This document shows, piece after piece, positions 60,112 to 64,000 of a DNA stretch of 64,000 nucleotides (position 1 is its first letter; every line of letters begins with the position of its first letter). Source of the stretch: an uncultured cyanobacterium (GTDB lineage Bacteria; Cyanobacteriota; Cyanobacteriia; PCC-9006; JAAUQQ01). Both the position numbers and the translations under genes were made by a program. Below the pieces are notes generated by a model that searched no databases, was not told the DNA's origin, and was given only the letters and a program-made list of their open reading frames with translations. The stretch is from NCBI GenBank assembly GCA_963718615.1, contig OY970368.1:5440001-5504000 (forward strand), written 5' to 3'.

Positions 60112-60313
60112 CGGCGCGGTTGCCTATGGCTGAGGTGCAGGTGCTTAATGTTTAGAGCAGGGATTAGAACAGGGATGGCTGTAGAACAGATCTACACAGA
60201 TCTACAATGTTCATGGCCAAAATTACGGATTCCCTGCCCCTTGGAAGATGCGATCGCCCCGTTTCTATTCCTAAAGTGCTAAGGCTCATTTTGATTTCCT
60301 ACCTATTCTAATC

Positions 60314-61735
60314 TTGACTCGACTGATACGCCCCTTTCTAGGTTCCCTGGTCCTCAGCACGGCCCTGTTTAATAGTGCCCTGAATGGTGGAGGGTTGAAG
60401 GGGGTGGGATTAGCTCCGGCGATCGCCCAGGAGGCCCCACCCGCACTCACCGAATCCGCTCCATCAAATACGACATCCAGCTCACCCCCCAGTGCTGCCA
60501 CCCAAACCCCCGATGACGGCATTTATTTCGCTGATATCTTGGTGCGGGGGCGGCCTGTGTTTCAGGTGGGGAGCCTCAGTGGCATTAATGCTCGTCAGCG
60601 GGCTGAGATTATCAATCGCCGCATCGCTAGCCTTTTGTCTCGCACCAGCCAGGATCAATCGATTCAGGTCGAGGTGAGCAACGCCGCCGCCGTCGCGACG
60701 CTGCGGGCCAACCAGCGGATTCTGATGACGATTACCCAGCAGGATGCTGAAGACTTTGGCCTCTCGGTGGCAGATCTAGCCGATCAGTGGGCGACACAAC
60801 TGAACCAAGCCTTTGACCGTCCGCCGCTGGCCCTAGATGTAGCGCAGCGACTCAGTGCGACGACCCGCAGTTTTGGGCGCAGTGTCATTGATGGTTTACC
60901 GGCACTCGTGGGGGCGATCGTCGTGATTGGGGTGACTTGGGCGATCGCCAATCTAGTCCGCTATCTGGCCTTTACCTGGGCGCAAAAGACCGAAGGGGAC
61001 CACAGCACAGAAATTCTGCTTGGGCGGTTGGCCTACGGTGCAGTTTGGATTCTGGGTTCGGTGATTGCGCTGGGGATTTTGGGGGTTGAATTTGGTGCAT
61101 TGCTGGGGGCCTTGGGGCTCACGAGCGTGGCGATCGGCTTCAGCCTCAAGGATGTTTTGAGTAACTATATTTCCGGCGTGATTTTGCTAGCGGCCCGTCC
61201 CTTTCGTCTGGGGGATGAGGTGGTGATCGAAGGGTATGAAGGACGAATTACCCAAATTCAATTGCGGGCAACGACGCTGCGTACCTACGATGGGCGAGTG
61301 GTTTATATCCCCAATCAGGAGGTGTTTGGGGCGATTGTCACGAACAATACAGCTAGTAATAGCCGCCGCAGTTCGGTGATCGTGGGGGTGGATTACGAGG
61401 CTGATCTTCAGGAGGCCCAACGGGTGATTAAGGCGGCGATCGCCCAAGTCTCGACCATCCAACCGAATCCTAAACCGGATATTTTGATTAAGGAACTTGC
61501 CGCCAGTACGGTCAATTTAGAAGTGCGATTCTGGGTCGATTCTCGCCGCAGCGGCTTTTTAGAAACGACGTCGTTGGTGACCCGAACCATTAAGGAAGCC
61601 CTAGAACAAGCCGAGATTGAAATGCCCACGGAAATCTACACGCTGTTGTTTCGCAATGCGCCACCGGGGATGATTGATGGTGAGGCAACCCATACCATTG
61701 CCGTGAAGTCCGATGTGGGAACAACAGATGTTTAG
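60314..61735 (+). CDS. MscS-family mechanosensitive channel with N-terminal periplasmic domain
   Basis: AIGFSLKDVLSNYISG, RPFRLGD, GRVVYIPN. Confidence 0.9.
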   Translation: MTRLIRPFLGSLVLSTALFNSALNGGGLKGVGLAPAIAQEAPPALTESAPSNTTSSSPPSAATQTPDDGIYFADILVRGRPVFQVGSLSGINARQRAEIINRRIASLLSRTSQDQSIQVEVSNAAAVATLRANQRILMTITQQDAEDFGLSVADLADQWATQLNQAFDRPPLALDVAQRLSATTRSFGRSVIDGLPALVGAIVVIGVTWAIANLVRYLAFTWAQKTEGDHSTEILLGRLAYGAVWILGSVIALGILGVEFGALLGALGLTSVAIGFSLKDVLSNYISGVILLAARPFRLGDEVVIEGYEGRITQIQLRATTLRTYDGRVVYIPNQEVFGAIVTNNTASNSRRSSVIVGVDYEADLQEAQRVIKAAIAQVSTIQPNPKPDILIKELAASTVNLEVRFWVDSRRSGFLETTSLVTRTIKEALEQAEIEMPTEIYTLLFRNAPPGMIDGEATHTIAVKSDVGTTDV

Positions 61736-61777
61736 AGGATTGAATCACAGAAAAAGTCGAATCTGGGGTGGGCTGAG

Positions 61778-63406
61778 TCATGATACTTTTGCGGTTGCTT
61801 CGGCTACCAGACTCAACGCTACCGCCTCCGCGACCCGAATTCCATCCACCCCCGCAGAAAGAATCCCGCCAGCATAGCCCGCGCCCTCTCCGGCTGGATA
61901 GAGACCCTTCGTATTGATACTCTGTAAATCTTCCCCCCGCTTAATCCGAATCGGCGAAGAGGTGCGGGTTTCGACCCCCGTCAGCAGGGCATCGGCGCTG
62001 GCAAAACCGGGAATTTGCTGTTCAAAGGCGGGGAGGGCCTCTCGGAGGGCGGCGATCGCATAATCGGGCAAACTCCCACTCAAATCACACAACTGCACCC
62101 CCGGTCGATACGTTGGCTTGACGCTACCCCAATTCGCCGAAGGACGCCCCGCCAGAAAATCCTCGACCAATTGCCCCGGAGCCTGATAGGTACCGCCGCC
62201 CAACTCAAACGCCCGCGCCTCTAGTTGTCGCTGAAACTCGATTCCCGCGAGGGGACTCCCCGGATAATCCTCTGGCGTAATGCCTACGACAATGCCGCTA
62301 TTGGCATTTTTGCCGCTGCGTTCGTATTGACTCATGCCATTGGTCACCACTCGGCCCACTTCTGAAGTTGCTGCCACAACCTGGCCGCCGGGACACATGC
62401 AAAAACTATACACCGCGCGACCGTTTGCACAATGATGCACCAGCTTATAATCCGCTGCGCCCAAAATCGGATGACCAGCCTGATCGCCAAATCGGCACTG
62501 ATCGATCAGCGGCTGGGGATGCTCAATCCGAAATCCGATGGAAAAGGGCTTGGGCTCGATATAGACTCCCCGTTCATAGAGCATTGCAAAGGTATCGCGG
62601 GCGCTGTGGCCCACGGCGAGGATAACGTGGTGGGTGGGCAGCCTCTCACCATTCTCCAATACCACCCCCTGCACCTGTCCCGCTTCGATCTCTAGGTCCA
62701 CCACCCGCGTTTGGAAGCGAATTTCACCGCCCATGGCTTCGATCCGGTGGCGCATTTGCTCGACGATTTTGACCAGTCGATAGGTGCCAATGTGGGGCTT
62801 ATTGATGTACAAAATTTCCGGTGCGGCCCCCGATTCAACTAGCTCTGTCAAAACCTTGCGGGCACGATTGTCGGGGTCTTTGATGCGGCTATACAACTTG
62901 CCATCGGAGAACGTCCCGGCACCACCTTCGCCAAACTGGACGTTGGATTCGGGGTTAAAGGTGCCCTTGCTCCAGAATCGGAACGTGTCCTGGGAGCGCT
63001 CATGCACTGCTTTCCCTCGTTCTAGAATAATGGGGCAAAATCCCATCTGTGCCAGCAATAGCCCTGCGAACATGCCACAAGGCCCATTGCCAATGACAAT
63101 CGGGCGTTCGGTCAGGGCTGAAGATGCGGAAGATGCCGTGGCAACCATCCGGTAGCGCGTATCGGGGGTGGGGAGAATATGGGGGTCTTTTTTGAACCGT
63201 TGGAGGAGTTGCTTTTCCTTGGGGGTTTCGAGGTCGATGATGTAGACCAGGGCGATCGCCCCCCGTTTGCGGGCGTCGTAGCTGCGTTTGAAGATTTGGT
63301 AACTCGTGAGTGCGTCGGCGGGGAGCCGCAGTTTTTTGAGGATCGCGGCTTTGAGGTCGGTTTCGCTGTGGTCGAGGGGGAGTTTGAGTTCGGTCAGACG
63401 GAGCAT
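61778..63406 (-). CDS. NAD(P)/FAD-dependent oxidoreductase (uncharacterised FAD dehydrogenase family)
   Basis: GNGPCG, FGEGGAGTFSDGKL, SFCMCPGG, ETRTSSP, GEGAGYAGGI. Confidence 0.9.
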   Translation of the reverse strand: MLRLTELKLPLDHSETDLKAAILKKLRLPADALTSYQIFKRSYDARKRGAIALVYIIDLETPKEKQLLQRFKKDPHILPTPDTRYRMVATASSASSALTERPIVIGNGPCGMFAGLLLAQMGFCPIILERGKAVHERSQDTFRFWSKGTFNPESNVQFGEGGAGTFSDGKLYSRIKDPDNRARKVLTELVESGAAPEILYINKPHIGTYRLVKIVEQMRHRIEAMGGEIRFQTRVVDLEIEAGQVQGVVLENGERLPTHHVILAVGHSARDTFAMLYERGVYIEPKPFSIGFRIEHPQPLIDQCRFGDQAGHPILGAADYKLVHHCANGRAVYSFCMCPGGQVVAATSEVGRVVTNGMSQYERSGKNANSGIVVGITPEDYPGSPLAGIEFQRQLEARAFELGGGTYQAPGQLVEDFLAGRPSANWGSVKPTYRPGVQLCDLSGSLPDYAIAALREALPAFEQQIPGFASADALLTGVETRTSSPIRIKRGEDLQSINTKGLYPAGEGAGYAGGILSAGVDGIRVAEAVALSLVAEATAKVS

Positions 63407-63547
63407 GGGTTTACCCTGGGCGATCGGGGGGGAGGATTTCCAAGGGGTTTGGATGTCCTCCGTTGTTTATTGTGTCATGGCGTTCTGAACAAAGGGCTGG
63501 GGAGTAGAATCTTACTAACGTCTTACCTATGTGCGGATGGGGGTTCG

Positions 63548-63811
63548 ATGGAAATCACGCGTTTGTCGAGTAAGGGGCAGGTCATTATCCCAAAGGCTTT
63601 GCGAGCGGCTCGAAACTGGGTGGCGGGTCAGGAGCTGATTGCGATCGATATTGGAGATGGGATTTTGCTGAGGCCAAGGCGAGCCTTTAGGCTAACGTCT
63701 CTGGTGGATGTGGCGGGATGTTTGAAGTACGAAGGTGCTCCCAAAAGTCTGGAGGACTGGGACGTTGCAGTGCGCGAAGGAGTAAGGGAGCAGTGGCATG
63801 ATCGCGGTTGA
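63548..63811 (+). CDS. AbrB/MazE/SpoVT-family antitoxin
   Basis: MEITRLSSKGQVIIPKALR. Confidence 0.85.
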   Translation: MEITRLSSKGQVIIPKALRAARNWVAGQELIAIDIGDGILLRPRRAFRLTSLVDVAGCLKYEGAPKSLEDWDVAVREGVREQWHDRG

Positions 63812-63839
63812 TACCAATGTTGTGGTGCGTCTTTTATAA
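63798..63839 (+). pseudogene. VapC PIN toxin truncated after 13 codons
   Basis: MIAVDTNVVVRLL* overlapping the antitoxin end; typical PIN N-terminus. Confidence 0.75.
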
Positions 63840-63856
63840 ATCCCTCAAGCAAATTC

Positions 63857-63976
63857 GTAGGTTGGGTTGAGCCCTAGCGAAACCCAACAGAGCCTGTGCA
63901 TGTTGGGTTTCTGGAGCAACTCCTGAAACTTTGCAGCGCTTGTGCGTGTTGGGTTTCGTGCCTTAACCCAACCTAC
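63857..63976. repeat. GTAG-family REP doublet (REPIN-like)
   Basis: GTAGGTTGGGTTGAG..CGAAACCCAACA ... TGTTGGGTTTCG..TAACCCAACCTAC inverted pair with an extra internal half-site. Confidence 0.8.
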
Positions 63977-64000
63977 GCATCTTCACTCCTCATCAACTTC

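Overview
Cyanobacterial chromosomal window (dense HIP1 GCGATCGC octamers, GTAG-type REP repeats, tRNA-Pro). The core part carries an aminotransferase, thioredoxin, a Ser/Thr kinase, glucokinase, tic22-prmC-tsaC, pilT, a probable cruE-cruH aromatic-carotenoid pair, the NrtR-controlled pncB-nadD-nrtR-nadE operon, an ABC transporter, an SLH protein, a Pix/Tax-type chemosensory cluster, MscS and an FAD oxidoreductase. The most unusual part is an AT-richer, largely HIP1-poor accessory region at about 1.7-13.8 kb. It holds (i) a double-glycine-leader peptide gene followed by a radical SAM/SPASM enzyme (candidate new RiPP pair); (ii) two RTX proteins, one with a PVL-like lectin propeller; (iii) a trypsin-like protease with seven near-identical 108-bp repeats whose last codons come from an IS-type end; (iv) a ~260-bp non-coding module duplicated upstream of both propeller genes, next to a divergent LuxR-type regulator (candidate mini-regulon); (v) a MITE nested inside a sibling MITE; and (vi) two toxin-antitoxin pairs. 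Other points of note are an IS-flanked sulfotransferase/sulfatase islet, a PatA paralogue frameshifted at a poly-C tract, a PixJ-like receptor whose GAF lacks the bilin-binding Cys, and several internally deleted pseudogenes. All family assignments come from motif recognition by eye; no searches were run.
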